Below are positions 8,447 through 18,118 of a DNA stretch of 33,712 nt, one piece after another. The DNA comes from a virus. Its lineage: Duplodnaviria; Caudoviricetes. The notes under the pieces were generated by a model. That model was not told the DNA's origin and made no database searches. It saw only the letters and a list, made by a program, of their open reading frames with translations. Position 1 is the first letter of the stretch, and each line of letters begins with the position of its first letter. Both the position numbers and the translations under genes were made by a program. Location: IMG/VR virus record IMGVR_UViG_3300014775_001916, positions 1 through 33,712 of that record. The stretch is one strand, 5' to 3'.

Positions 8447-8484
8447 TATTTAAGATTATAGAAGAGTAAGTTCAATAATGCAAC
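8447..8484 (-). promoter_or_regulatory. Composite promoter for clpC: gTTGCAT-N17-TATAAT plus TAAATA late-like element
   Basis: -35 at 8483-8478, -10 at 8460-8455, TAAATA at 8452-8447, 5 nt before ATG 8441. Confidence 0.7.
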
Positions 8485-8843
8485 TATTTTACACAAATAA
8501 CTTTATTGCTACCTCCAGCAGCAACTTGAGTCTCTGTTTGTGTAAACAAATCACCTGTATTTAAACCTGAATCAGATGTCGGTAATCCTTGAAAATTAAT
8601 AGTAAAGTCACCAGTGTCATTTGCGCTCAATCCTCCAAGTGCGCTTAATCCACCTTGAATAGTAATACCGTGAGTAAGAGCATACTGAGTAAGAACATAA
8701 AATTGAGTAAATTGTTCAAAGCTCATTTTAACACTACTTAAATCAGCTGTTGTTGAGCCAATAGAAGCTAAAAGTAAATCTGTATGTTGTAATGTGTAAG
8801 CAGACTCTTTAGTGTTTAGTTGATTTACTGTAAATGTTGCCAT
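8484..8843 (-). CDS. Small tail-fibre-like virion protein
   Basis: N-terminus TVNQL...TDLLLAS resembles ISQL...DDLFLVT of the 571-aa fibre; C-terminal GLPTSDSGLNTGDLF is fibre-like; TAAATA 8 nt upstream. Confidence 0.6.
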   Translation of the reverse strand: MATFTVNQLNTKESAYTLQHTDLLLASIGSTTADLSSVKMSFEQFTQFYVLTQYALTHGITIQGGLSALGGLSANDTGDFTINFQGLPTSDSGLNTGDLFTQTETQVAAGGSNKVICVK

Positions 8844-8880
8844 TGTTTATATATTTATTTAAACGTTATTGATATCAACA

Positions 8881-9873
8881 CTAATTTAATCCTTCTAACG
8901 CAACAGACTCACCATTAAATCTATCTCCATTCGCATAGATACCTCGAATATGTACGTTAAATTCATTATTTTGTTGGTAGCTAATAAAGTTGACTGTCTG
9001 TCTTACTCTCTTACTATAGTCTAAACCATCTTCTGGGATTATGATCAACCCTTCTTGTTGAGTTCGCTTGTTGTTAATGTCTGTTTCATGAAACGGACCG
9101 TTTGAGTTAATTCCAGTAAATATCTCATTCCCTGTAACTCTTCTTGTAGATGAATCAGATGGTAAAAACACTGTGTCTTGCTCAGCTGCTCCAATAGCAT
9201 ATGTAAAATATTGTTGCTCAGCTATCAAATTACTAAATTGATTAGATCTTCCAAATGAATACTGCTCTGTAACTATAGGGCAATATCCACATCCATACGT
9301 TAATATTTCTGTACGTAACAATTCGTCCTCTCCAGCAATAAATGGTTCTGGTATAGATGGTAGATATACTAGCTCGCTCTTTTCAAAAGGAATATAAAAG
9401 TTAGCTGCATAATTTGGATTCTCCGCTTCTACTGTTACTAATAAGGTGTCTTTACCGTGTTCGTTAGTATGCAGTAATGAGTTTACTAACTTATAGTCTT
9501 TATAGAAGTTTAAGCTTGGTTTACTAAGAGTAAAGTTAATTTTATATTCATCAACACTCAAATCCGTCTTTATACCACTAACAGTAATATTATATGTTGT
9601 ATAAAAACTGTCAGTAGGATAAAACACTCTTGATATACTAAGCTGTGAACTACTCAATGTGTTAGTTGTGTTTTGTAAAGTAAACGGATCATCTAAATCG
9701 CTGTACTTTACGAGAAATTTTAAATAGTTGTAATATGACGCGCTACTCAATCTCGCATCTAATATACCACTCATACTAATTGTTAAATTAGTTGGACCAG
9801 ATTCGAATACATCAATACCAGCCGAACCTGCGTTCAGCGTATCTGTAGAAAGTACATATGTTAATGTATTCAT
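8881..9873 (-). CDS. Hypothetical protein, probably virion structural
   Basis: 330 aa, S/T/N-rich with beta-like pattern; AATAAATA 7 nt upstream of ATG. Confidence 0.7.
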   Translation of the reverse strand: MNTLTYVLSTDTLNAGSAGIDVFESGPTNLTISMSGILDARLSSASYYNYLKFLVKYSDLDDPFTLQNTTNTLSSSQLSISRVFYPTDSFYTTYNITVSGIKTDLSVDEYKINFTLSKPSLNFYKDYKLVNSLLHTNEHGKDTLLVTVEAENPNYAANFYIPFEKSELVYLPSIPEPFIAGEDELLRTEILTYGCGYCPIVTEQYSFGRSNQFSNLIAEQQYFTYAIGAAEQDTVFLPSDSSTRRVTGNEIFTGINSNGPFHETDINNKRTQQEGLIIIPEDGLDYSKRVRQTVNFISYQQNNEFNVHIRGIYANGDRFNGESVALEGLN

Positions 9874-9875
9874 GT

Positions 9876-10466
9876 CTAAGTATTTATTAGATTATGGTAT
9901 ATCCTAAACCCTATACTGTATCTATTGCATTCCGAATATACGCAATGCCAGAAATGAGGTTTCTTTTCTGGTACGGTAAAGAGTCTATATTGCCAACCTT
10001 TAAAATCGTATGAAGTAATAATTTTATCATGTTTGTTTAAGTATCTAAAAAAAGATTTATTGTTTTGATCAGCATATGTTATGTAAAGTCTAAGACCATC
10101 TGCATCACTATTAGTATGCCAAGCCATAGAATCTTGATTTTCATATAGATAATATCCAGATAAAAATATTGAATGTTCTTTAAAATAATTGTTTGCTAAA
10201 TGGGTAATTATTTTTCTAATACATATAGTATTTTCTACTACTTGTATCCGTTTATAGTTCCCAACACCTCTTGGATTGTCTTTACTAAAAACTGATCTTA
10301 GATAATCTTCTTCGACAATTTGTTTTGAACAAAAATTTTGTTCTCTTGGAATATTAAGAATTTTTATTTTATCGCTAAAAACAATTTCATTTAGAGGTTC
10401 AATTAACTGTTGTTCTTTTATCTCCTCGTGAATTATTTCCTTACCTTTTAACTGAAACTTGTTCAT
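9876..10466 (-). CDS. 2OG-Fe(II) oxygenase-like (double-stranded beta-helix) protein
   Basis: MAWHTNSD...FWHCV...NRYSIGF: HxN/H metal ligands and an RxS 2-oxoglutarate motif; TAATG overlap with the upstream gene. Confidence 0.65.
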   Translation of the reverse strand: MNKFQLKGKEIIHEEIKEQQLIEPLNEIVFSDKIKILNIPREQNFCSKQIVEEDYLRSVFSKDNPRGVGNYKRIQVVENTICIRKIITHLANNYFKEHSIFLSGYYLYENQDSMAWHTNSDADGLRLYITYADQNNKSFFRYLNKHDKIITSYDFKGWQYRLFTVPEKKPHFWHCVYSECNRYSIGFRIYHNLINT

Positions 10467-10933
10467 TAAACATTACGGGTAATAGGAGGCATAACTCTCT
10501 TAACCTCTTTTAACGTTTTGCACGTTTTTAAATTTTTTAAAACTAATTGAGGAACGTCTCTTAATTTTTGTTTTTTTATTTCTATTTCTTTTATCGCTTT
10601 TTTATCGTTTTTACCTATGGCTATTAGTTGTTGTTGGTCGAGTTCAATTAACCGTTTATTTCTTTCAGTTCTACAATAATCTGTATGAATTTCTTTACAT
10701 TTTTTTAAATCTACAACAACTTTTTTGTTTTTAATAACATATGCGTTGACAAATAATTTTTCCGGATCATCTTCAACTATCGGTAAATCAGGAGCGCATT
10801 CAGCATGTGGTAGATGTGCATATTGTTCTCTAACTACATCTTCTTCTCCTTTTACTACATGGGTAATAAAAATACCGTTTAAGTTTGGGTCTTTCCAAAC
10901 TACCTTCTTAACAATTTCATTGTGTTCGTTCAT
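10466..10933 (-). CDS. Tail fibre assembly chaperone-like protein
   Basis: VVVDLKKCKEIH..CRTERNKRLIELD...KKQKLRDVP pattern; directly downstream of the tail fibre gene. Confidence 0.7.
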   Translation of the reverse strand: MNEHNEIVKKVVWKDPNLNGIFITHVVKGEEDVVREQYAHLPHAECAPDLPIVEDDPEKLFVNAYVIKNKKVVVDLKKCKEIHTDYCRTERNKRLIELDQQQLIAIGKNDKKAIKEIEIKKQKLRDVPQLVLKNLKTCKTLKEVKRVMPPITRNV

Positions 10934-10934
10934 A

Positions 10935-12650
10935 TTAAGCGTTATCGTAAATTGTTACTCCTACATAACTTGGTTCGGAATTTCTAACATAATATACATC
11001 GTCACCATCGCGGTTTTCTCTATCATGAAGATTTTCAAAACATCTAATTATATAATATCTATGTCCGGGTGCAGCTCCTCCACCGCCCCATGTACCAGAA
11101 CCAGCATAAAAAGCCGGGCCTTTTAAATTGTCACCAGGAGATGTATATGCAGAATGATTACCTGTTCCAGCTGATGCAGCATTTACCCAACCAATACTTG
11201 GTACAACATGTTGATATTGAGCAGTACCAACAGTGTTTGTTCTAAGAGTAAAATAATAAACTGAGCCATACGAACCCGCTCCAGCGCTATTTGCTTCATT
11301 ATACTCAGTTACAGATAAATAAAAATTATGTGCAATCAATGCTCCGTTACTATTAGGCATCCAGGTATGATACGCTTTAGCAACGCCTGCTACACCAGAC
11401 AATGATATGGTTTTAAGACGCGATGTATCAGACGCTAAAACATCCATTCTACCAGTGTTATATACAATAATATTTTCTACTAAATTTGTACAATCAACCT
11501 CACCACCAACATTTAAATTACCGCTAATATCACCATTACCGTCAACATCTAACGAATCACATTGTAACTCTCCGGTAATATCAACACCATCTGTTTTGGT
11601 TGTTAATTTAGTACTACCACCGAAATTTAATGTGACCGCTGTTGTACTACCGCGACAACTGAGGTAGGTAGTAACTCCTCCACTACCATCGTCTGTCTTT
11701 AGAGTTATATCTTTATCGTTAGCTTCATTTTGGATTATATAGTCACCTGTTATATTAACAGCATATCCATGGCTCCCTGAGTGATACAGCGAAAGATCAG
11801 CACTATTACCAAGTTTAATGATATCATTATCACCCATATTAAGGTGAGTAGACAAAGTAACTTCTCCTGTTACTCCTAAAGTACCACCAATAGTAGCATC
11901 AGCTGTTACCGAGAGACCGGTACCAGTGCTCTTACTTAATGTTAAGGTGTCACTAATGTCGCCAACACCATTAATATCTAACGAGGTAGCTTGAACTTCT
12001 CCAGTAATGTCAACACCATCATTCTTAGTAGCTAATCTAGCACCAGCATCATAATAAAGTGTTACCGCTCCATCGTCCTCTGCCACTATACTATGCTCAC
12101 CAGATTTAGCTTGAATATAGATATCACCACCATCATCATCGTCAACATTATTTCTAATGTATAAATTGCCCATGTTATTGTCAATATATGAGCTAGTACT
12201 ATCGTGATAAATTTGTAAATCATCACTATCGCCGAAATTAGCTTTCTTATTATCTGGCAGCTCTATAGAGCCAGACAAATGAATAGAAGTAGTACCATCA
12301 CCTACAGTCATTAGACCGTTACTACTAATAGAACCGTTAACTGTAAATTTTGCAGGAGGTGAAGTTGCGCTAAAATCTTGACCTATACCAGCTGCGAATG
12401 CCGCGGGTGCATACACTCGTTGATTTGGAGATATCCCTGCGCATAATAAAGGAGCTTGAGTATTGGAATTGCTATTATATAGTGCGTGTGTTACATCTTG
12501 CATCGATGCTTTACATGTACTCAAACTATCTGCTTCAGTACCTGCTGTAACTAGAAACAAATCGTCTCTAAACAACGTATAATTATCATAATTTTCTCTG
12601 AGCTCAGTTACAGCTGATAATTGACTAATCTGTAATAATTTATACGACAT
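10935..12650 (-). CDS. Tail fibre / receptor-binding protein
   Basis: 571 aa, G/S/T/D-rich; two internal repeats (LPDNKKANFGDSDDLQIYHD...DGVDITGE and MGDNDIIKLGNSADLSLYHS...DGVDITGE); distinct C-terminal head; TATAAATA at 12670-12663. Confidence 0.78.
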   Translation of the reverse strand: MSYKLLQISQLSAVTELRENYDNYTLFRDDLFLVTAGTEADSLSTCKASMQDVTHALYNSNSNTQAPLLCAGISPNQRVYAPAAFAAGIGQDFSATSPPAKFTVNGSISSNGLMTVGDGTTSIHLSGSIELPDNKKANFGDSDDLQIYHDSTSSYIDNNMGNLYIRNNVDDDDGGDIYIQAKSGEHSIVAEDDGAVTLYYDAGARLATKNDGVDITGEVQATSLDINGVGDISDTLTLSKSTGTGLSVTADATIGGTLGVTGEVTLSTHLNMGDNDIIKLGNSADLSLYHSGSHGYAVNITGDYIIQNEANDKDITLKTDDGSGGVTTYLSCRGSTTAVTLNFGGSTKLTTKTDGVDITGELQCDSLDVDGNGDISGNLNVGGEVDCTNLVENIIVYNTGRMDVLASDTSRLKTISLSGVAGVAKAYHTWMPNSNGALIAHNFYLSVTEYNEANSAGAGSYGSVYYFTLRTNTVGTAQYQHVVPSIGWVNAASAGTGNHSAYTSPGDNLKGPAFYAGSGTWGGGGAAPGHRYYIIRCFENLHDRENRDGDDVYYVRNSEPSYVGVTIYDNA

Positions 12651-12678
12651 GTGCTATATATGTATTTATATGATTTTT

Positions 12679-14433
12679 TTAAATTCCAACTACTATATTT
12701 GATAGCGGATAAACGTTTAAATATTTCTCCTGACACATCAATAACAATGAGTTTTGTAAATCATATAATTGCTTTAACGGTCTGTTAATTGTTTCGGCAA
12801 GCACGACTTCATTTAATCCAACAAACATATCATCAGATAATTTAAAGTCGACTAAATGATTGTCTTTCTCTGTAAAATAAACAGTATCTTGATATTGAGA
12901 TCTACCAAGCACATCATATTTAGCTTCAAACTTACCAAAAATAGAATCTTTAAACAACAAGTGATTGTAAATAAATTTGTGCAATGATTTGTTAATCACC
13001 CATGAGGTAACATATTCTTCATTAGTTACTTTAATTGCACTAAGATCGAACAAATTCGTTTTAAATGTGTCTCTAGATATAGACTTATATGTTACTTCCT
13101 CGTTAAATTTAAATATGGCACTTGAATCAGAAGTTAAATTATCATAATTTAAGTCTGAACCTACAAACACGAAATCATATGTTAAATCATCTGTTTCTAA
13201 TACAGAAACAAAATTAAAATTTTGAGGTTCAATTTTATTTTCAATAAATCTAAACGCTCCAATAATTTTTTCTGGTTTAGATTTAAATTTTTTAAACAAG
13301 TTAAAGTCGCTCAATACATACATAACGTTGTCGTTTTTCTGTGATTGAGTAATCTTTCTATATTGTTCGTCATCTTTAACACCATCATTAGAACGTATCA
13401 CATCCACTAGAAATCCATCTTTGTCGTATTTTAATATTATACCTGCTTCTGATAGAACATATATATCTTCAGTCTTTTTATCAACACTTAAATCAACAAC
13501 TGGTGACCCTGATAATTCGTTATTGAAATCAGATCTAATACTTAGCGTAGATTTCCAGTTTAAATCTTTATCAAATATTTTTACACCTGAATGATCCAAA
13601 TCTAATACATAAATTTTATCATCTTTTCCCGTTTCAATAGCTATTGGATTGCCAAATTTATCTTTGTCGAATATAGATGTTCCTTTACCACCAATAGTTT
13701 TAATCAATAATTTACCTATATTTTGTGTAGCTACATTATCTGTTAATACACTAGTAACATCAAATTTATGAATGAACGAATCATCTAACACAAATAAATT
13801 TTTCTCTGTATTGAAAGTTAAACTTTTAATTTGAGTAAAAGACAAATCTGTTGACGATTCTATAACTCTATCATTTGATTTTAAAGTTGCATCGTTTAAT
13901 TCACTTGTGTGAAATCCAATTAAAGATGCAGAATTAGCGACAAACCCTACGTGGTTTTGTCTACTACCTAATCCTTGAGTAAAAGCACCATCGACTAATC
14001 CGCTTAGCACCGTTCTTCCTGATGTATACCCCGAACCGTATGCAGAAAGTTGAGTGGAAAGAAAATCTTCAGCATCTCTCGTTCCATTAGAAACTTTGAT
14101 TACGTTTGTTCCTGAATGGAAATCTAGCCCTGAAAGGCCTGTAGCTTTACTACTAGCTATAAAACCTTTATATAATGCAGGAAAATTGTTAGTAGCTATA
14201 TTAGCTTGTGCATTCAAGTATAAAAAATTATGATGTAATTTTAATAAACATGCATTAAAGTTGTCTGCAGTTACCAACTCATTTGCTTTTATTTTTATCT
14301 CTTCAAAGGTATAAGGTAATATAAGTGGATCTCCAAGATATCTGTCAAGCTTAAACTTGTCTCTAATTTGCCTATCAAACCCGGAAGTAGAGACATTAGC
14401 TGTAGTTGGATTGTAATTGTTTACATTACTCAT
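12679..14433 (-). CDS. Baseplate/tail-associated protein with NHL-like beta-propeller
   Basis: 584 aa; FGNPIAIETGKDDKIYVLD, VVDLSVDKKTEDIYVLS blades; ATG overlaps the upstream stop (ATGAGTAA). Confidence 0.65.
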   Translation of the reverse strand: MSNVNNYNPTTANVSTSGFDRQIRDKFKLDRYLGDPLILPYTFEEIKIKANELVTADNFNACLLKLHHNFLYLNAQANIATNNFPALYKGFIASSKATGLSGLDFHSGTNVIKVSNGTRDAEDFLSTQLSAYGSGYTSGRTVLSGLVDGAFTQGLGSRQNHVGFVANSASLIGFHTSELNDATLKSNDRVIESSTDLSFTQIKSLTFNTEKNLFVLDDSFIHKFDVTSVLTDNVATQNIGKLLIKTIGGKGTSIFDKDKFGNPIAIETGKDDKIYVLDLDHSGVKIFDKDLNWKSTLSIRSDFNNELSGSPVVDLSVDKKTEDIYVLSEAGIILKYDKDGFLVDVIRSNDGVKDDEQYRKITQSQKNDNVMYVLSDFNLFKKFKSKPEKIIGAFRFIENKIEPQNFNFVSVLETDDLTYDFVFVGSDLNYDNLTSDSSAIFKFNEEVTYKSISRDTFKTNLFDLSAIKVTNEEYVTSWVINKSLHKFIYNHLLFKDSIFGKFEAKYDVLGRSQYQDTVYFTEKDNHLVDFKLSDDMFVGLNEVVLAETINRPLKQLYDLQNSLLLMCQEKYLNVYPLSNIVVGI

Positions 14434-17400
14434 ACGTAATAAAATCTCCTGTTAATGTTGTTGTTGTGCTCTGTGATGGTGTTTTTGGTCTAATGATTAC
14501 AGATTTTGCACTTACCTCAATTCCAGATGTTGATGTGAAGCTACTATCCCATCCAAACTCATTAATCTTTGCTAACACAGGTAGCTGATCTGATGTGAGA
14601 GATAAATTGATCTCGTCTTTAATAGCATTAATTGCTGCAGCGTCTGTAATTTCAGAGTTAGAAACATTTATGTTGACGTATTCACTCTTTCTACCAGGCA
14701 AAGAATGTTTAAACATTCTATCAATAGTATCAACATAATTTCTCTGACCTGCAGGTATGTCCCATTTTACCACTGCAGTGTCTTCAATAACTTGGAAATG
14801 ATTTTTAATGTCATAATATGACAACGGTTTATCGTATAATTTTATATTTTTAAGTTTTATACCATTAGCTAGATAATGTTGTGGTTGACCTAAATGTTCA
14901 GCTAACACAAGTTTAGTATAAAACGGTGTAGATCCTATTGTTAACGGTGAGTCAAAAATGTCACTAAAGCTAAATTTACCTCCAGATATGCTCTGAGTCT
15001 GAACTCTATATGCATCAACAAACAATGAATATTCACCTCTCTCAGCATCTAACACAACACAGAAATTATGCCATCCTCTAGATAGTCCTGATAATTCATA
15101 CTGTAATGTAAACGAACTATATGTTTGAGTTGTAGTCGATGTATTATATAACTCTGACATAGTAGCTCTAGCTACTAATCTAGGTTTAGTATTTAAATTA
15201 GTAGTTCGAGAATTGTAATATCCTGTATAGGTTTTTCTGCCGGATGATGGTGTAAGAAACATTTGATTAGCTTTTGTACCACCAGTAACAAATACTGTGT
15301 TACTCATAACATTTCCTGTGTTGTTGTCTAATCTATATAAACTACTACCGCTTGCCGACTCAACTAGAACAACAGGATACTTTTCATATCCGTTTGTATT
15401 AAACTCAGCTATATAATCAATGCTTCTATTGTATCTTACAGAACTTAATGGTAACATTGAGGTTAATGAAACAGTAAACAAATGATTTCTATAATTGTCT
15501 AATTTAGTGACTTTAAAGAAGTCGTGAAGTACCCAAACATTGTTGTCTAAATCTACATTTACACCTTCAATTATCTCAACTGCACTAATAGCTTGAATAT
15601 TCGCGCTAAGTTCTAAACTATACGTATTAACAACTCCTTGTTGAAGTACCCATGGTGTACCAAAATTATCTACTGTACTACCATTTACAAAATTATGAGT
15701 ACCACTTACTGTGTTGTGAATAGTAGTACTGCTACTTAACAAATCATGTTGAGTTATTAAAACTCCAACACTACCTGAAAGACCTCTTGATACAGAGTGA
15801 ATCTTACATGTTGATAAAGTACCTGCTACTGTCGAATGACCATCCGCTTTAAAGTTCCAAATATTAGCTGTTTCTAATGAACCTTCATATCCTGTCTCCC
15901 CGGCTTTAGAGTAATCATACTTAAAGTATGTTGCTTCTTCACCAGTTTGCGGGCTAACTAAAATGTACAAATATTGATCTGTAACTTCTATATCAACTAA
16001 CTGCTTTCCTGTTAATAATGAACTAGTTATTTTATTAGATATTACTCCATTTATATCATACTCATATACATCATTATTATTATCAACAATCCAAAATCCT
16101 TCGAGATTACCCTTCTTAGTATATAAGTTAATTTCTTTACCTATTAAGTGAGATGTTATGTATGTACCATTTGAATTGTATACATGAATTTTATTTTTGT
16201 CAGGTACTGTGATAAAAGGAGTGATAATTTCTTCGTTAAATATACCGAAACCTTTAGTTATGTGATTACCAATAATTTGGTTACCAAATGGTTTACTCCA
16301 ATCTGTACACCACATCCAAAAGTTTAATGAAAATGACCCAGTATTTTTGATAACATCTGTTATTCCATATCTATCACCATTAAAATCATAAATTAAAGGT
16401 ATCTCAATTGACGCAGGTGTAGTTGTGATACCGGATGAAATATTACCGTCATCATCTAAATGATAGTCTTCACTTGCAATATCAAATTCAGGTCTAATTT
16501 GAATATTTTCAAAACTTCTATAATTCGATATTACATCAAATAAAATGTTACTTTTAAGAGAATCTATTAACCTTTGCGCATTACCTCTACCAACATGATG
16601 ATAAGCATATAATATACCTGGTTCAAATGTCAGATCACTTAGCTTGTCATAAATCGGCGTTCTATTTGCTGATGCTCCTAATGTTCTTGTTAAAGCGTCA
16701 AAACTATCAACAAAAGGAACAGGCTCAATAATTCCTGCTGTAAGTGCTACATTTTTAGATGAATATGATGGATTGTAGTATCTGTCAACCCATATTGGAG
16801 TAATGTTTGCATTTTCATTTCCTGATAGCCAGGAGCACAACATTGTACCATTACCTACATCTAATGGATTGTTAAACTTGCTTACATTCGATCTACGTTT
16901 AAAAACTTTATCTGATAATCCAGGACTATCGCCAGGCACAGCACCTGATTTAACTAATTTACTATCGTTAACGTTTAATTTAACATACGGAGTAATATTT
17001 TGAGGTATATGAAAATATGTAAGCTTATCATTAGGAAACTCTATTTTTTTAGTACCTGTTGTATATGAAGCGTAAATAGAATCGTTGCCATATTTTTGAT
17101 ATGTACCCGTATGTAGTTTATGATATTCTCTATGTGTTACTTCAGTCTCTTGATTGCTGTAAGGATTATTTTTAGAAGTGCTACCTTCTAAGGTTATCTG
17201 ATTCTTAAGCGGAAACAAATTAACATCCATTCGATTTTGATCAGATATTAATTTACCTTGACTTGAATGTACAATAAAATTGTTTTCGAGGTTTTTAATT
17301 GACCTATCACTACTAACATTTAAAGAGTTGTGGTTAACACTAGACAAATATGAAACATATGTATCATTTAAATCATATGTTGTACTCGCGAAGTTTTTCT

Positions 17401-18109
17401 TTCTTAATCTAAATTGATTAGGTGTAGTTGCTCCAGAATATGGCTGTGTGTTAGTTGCAGTGATTTGAGCTGCACTTAAAACTTTCTCAGAACTGTCAGT
17501 TTGCCCTATAATAAAACATGGTACATTAGCATGGATACCGGATACAACTTTCATCAAAGTTATTATATTCTCAGTATCATCTAAAACATATTTAAAAACT
17601 TGAGTATCAACTTGATCGACAGACGGTACAGATCTAGTCTGAAAATTTAACTCGCTTGAATTTATTTCAGTTACTGTTAAAAATTTATTTGTACCGTCAT
17701 GATGATGTCTTAAAACAACATCTGAATCGTTTAAAAATTCAAACTCAAAAATATAATTTCTAGTTATATCTGCCGATGCACCAGACATTCTTGTGCTACC
17801 GGTAGTTGTATCAACAACTAAAAATTTATCTTCATCTTTAGCTTTGACCCATGAAGTTCTAAAATAAGGATATTTTTTTACAGATTTGTTTAATTTTAAA
17901 ACGTTATTAAGTTTTTCAGTCTTTGTTAAAAATAAATAGTTTAGATTATTTGCGGTTGAATCTTCAAGACCGGATAAACCGTCAATATATACAATATCTA
18001 AACCTTCACTTGTTTGGACTTTCTTATCTAATATAGACACATTATGATCCGGCTCATATACTGAGCTTACTGGTCTAATATTAGAACTATGATATCCAAA
18101 AATATTCAT
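14426..18109 (-). CDS. Large virion protein with split LamG/concanavalin-A-like domain and inserted beta-propeller
   Basis: 1227 aa; YDFNGD...SFSLNFWM (LamG N-half) and GWHNFCVV...LFVD...LTIG...NIKLYDKPLS (LamG C-half); VDLDNNVWVL propeller blades between; TAAATA 6 nt upstream. Confidence 0.7.
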   Translation of the reverse strand: MNIFGYHSSNIRPVSSVYEPDHNVSILDKKVQTSEGLDIVYIDGLSGLEDSTANNLNYLFLTKTEKLNNVLKLNKSVKKYPYFRTSWVKAKDEDKFLVVDTTTGSTRMSGASADITRNYIFEFEFLNDSDVVLRHHHDGTNKFLTVTEINSSELNFQTRSVPSVDQVDTQVFKYVLDDTENIITLMKVVSGIHANVPCFIIGQTDSSEKVLSAAQITATNTQPYSGATTPNQFRLRKKNFASTTYDLNDTYVSYLSSVNHNSLNVSSDRSIKNLENNFIVHSSQGKLISDQNRMDVNLFPLKNQITLEGSTSKNNPYSNQETEVTHREYHKLHTGTYQKYGNDSIYASYTTGTKKIEFPNDKLTYFHIPQNITPYVKLNVNDSKLVKSGAVPGDSPGLSDKVFKRRSNVSKFNNPLDVGNGTMLCSWLSGNENANITPIWVDRYYNPSYSSKNVALTAGIIEPVPFVDSFDALTRTLGASANRTPIYDKLSDLTFEPGILYAYHHVGRGNAQRLIDSLKSNILFDVISNYRSFENIQIRPEFDIASEDYHLDDDGNISSGITTTPASIEIPLIYDFNGDRYGITDVIKNTGSFSLNFWMWCTDWSKPFGNQIIGNHITKGFGIFNEEIITPFITVPDKNKIHVYNSNGTYITSHLIGKEINLYTKKGNLEGFWIVDNNNDVYEYDINGVISNKITSSLLTGKQLVDIEVTDQYLYILVSPQTGEEATYFKYDYSKAGETGYEGSLETANIWNFKADGHSTVAGTLSTCKIHSVSRGLSGSVGVLITQHDLLSSSTTIHNTVSGTHNFVNGSTVDNFGTPWVLQQGVVNTYSLELSANIQAISAVEIIEGVNVDLDNNVWVLHDFFKVTKLDNYRNHLFTVSLTSMLPLSSVRYNRSIDYIAEFNTNGYEKYPVVLVESASGSSLYRLDNNTGNVMSNTVFVTGGTKANQMFLTPSSGRKTYTGYYNSRTTNLNTKPRLVARATMSELYNTSTTTQTYSSFTLQYELSGLSRGWHNFCVVLDAERGEYSLFVDAYRVQTQSISGGKFSFSDIFDSPLTIGSTPFYTKLVLAEHLGQPQHYLANGIKLKNIKLYDKPLSYYDIKNHFQVIEDTAVVKWDIPAGQRNYVDTIDRMFKHSLPGRKSEYVNINVSNSEITDAAAINAIKDEINLSLTSDQLPVLAKINEFGWDSSFTSTSGIEVSAKSVIIRPKTPSQSTTTTLTGDFITYE

Positions 18110-18118
18110 TAAAATTAT

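Noticed and set aside
10935-12650. Diversity-generating retroelement target or invertible fibre cassette
   Set aside because: No reverse transcriptase, invertase or near-identical template/variable repeat pair was seen in the window.
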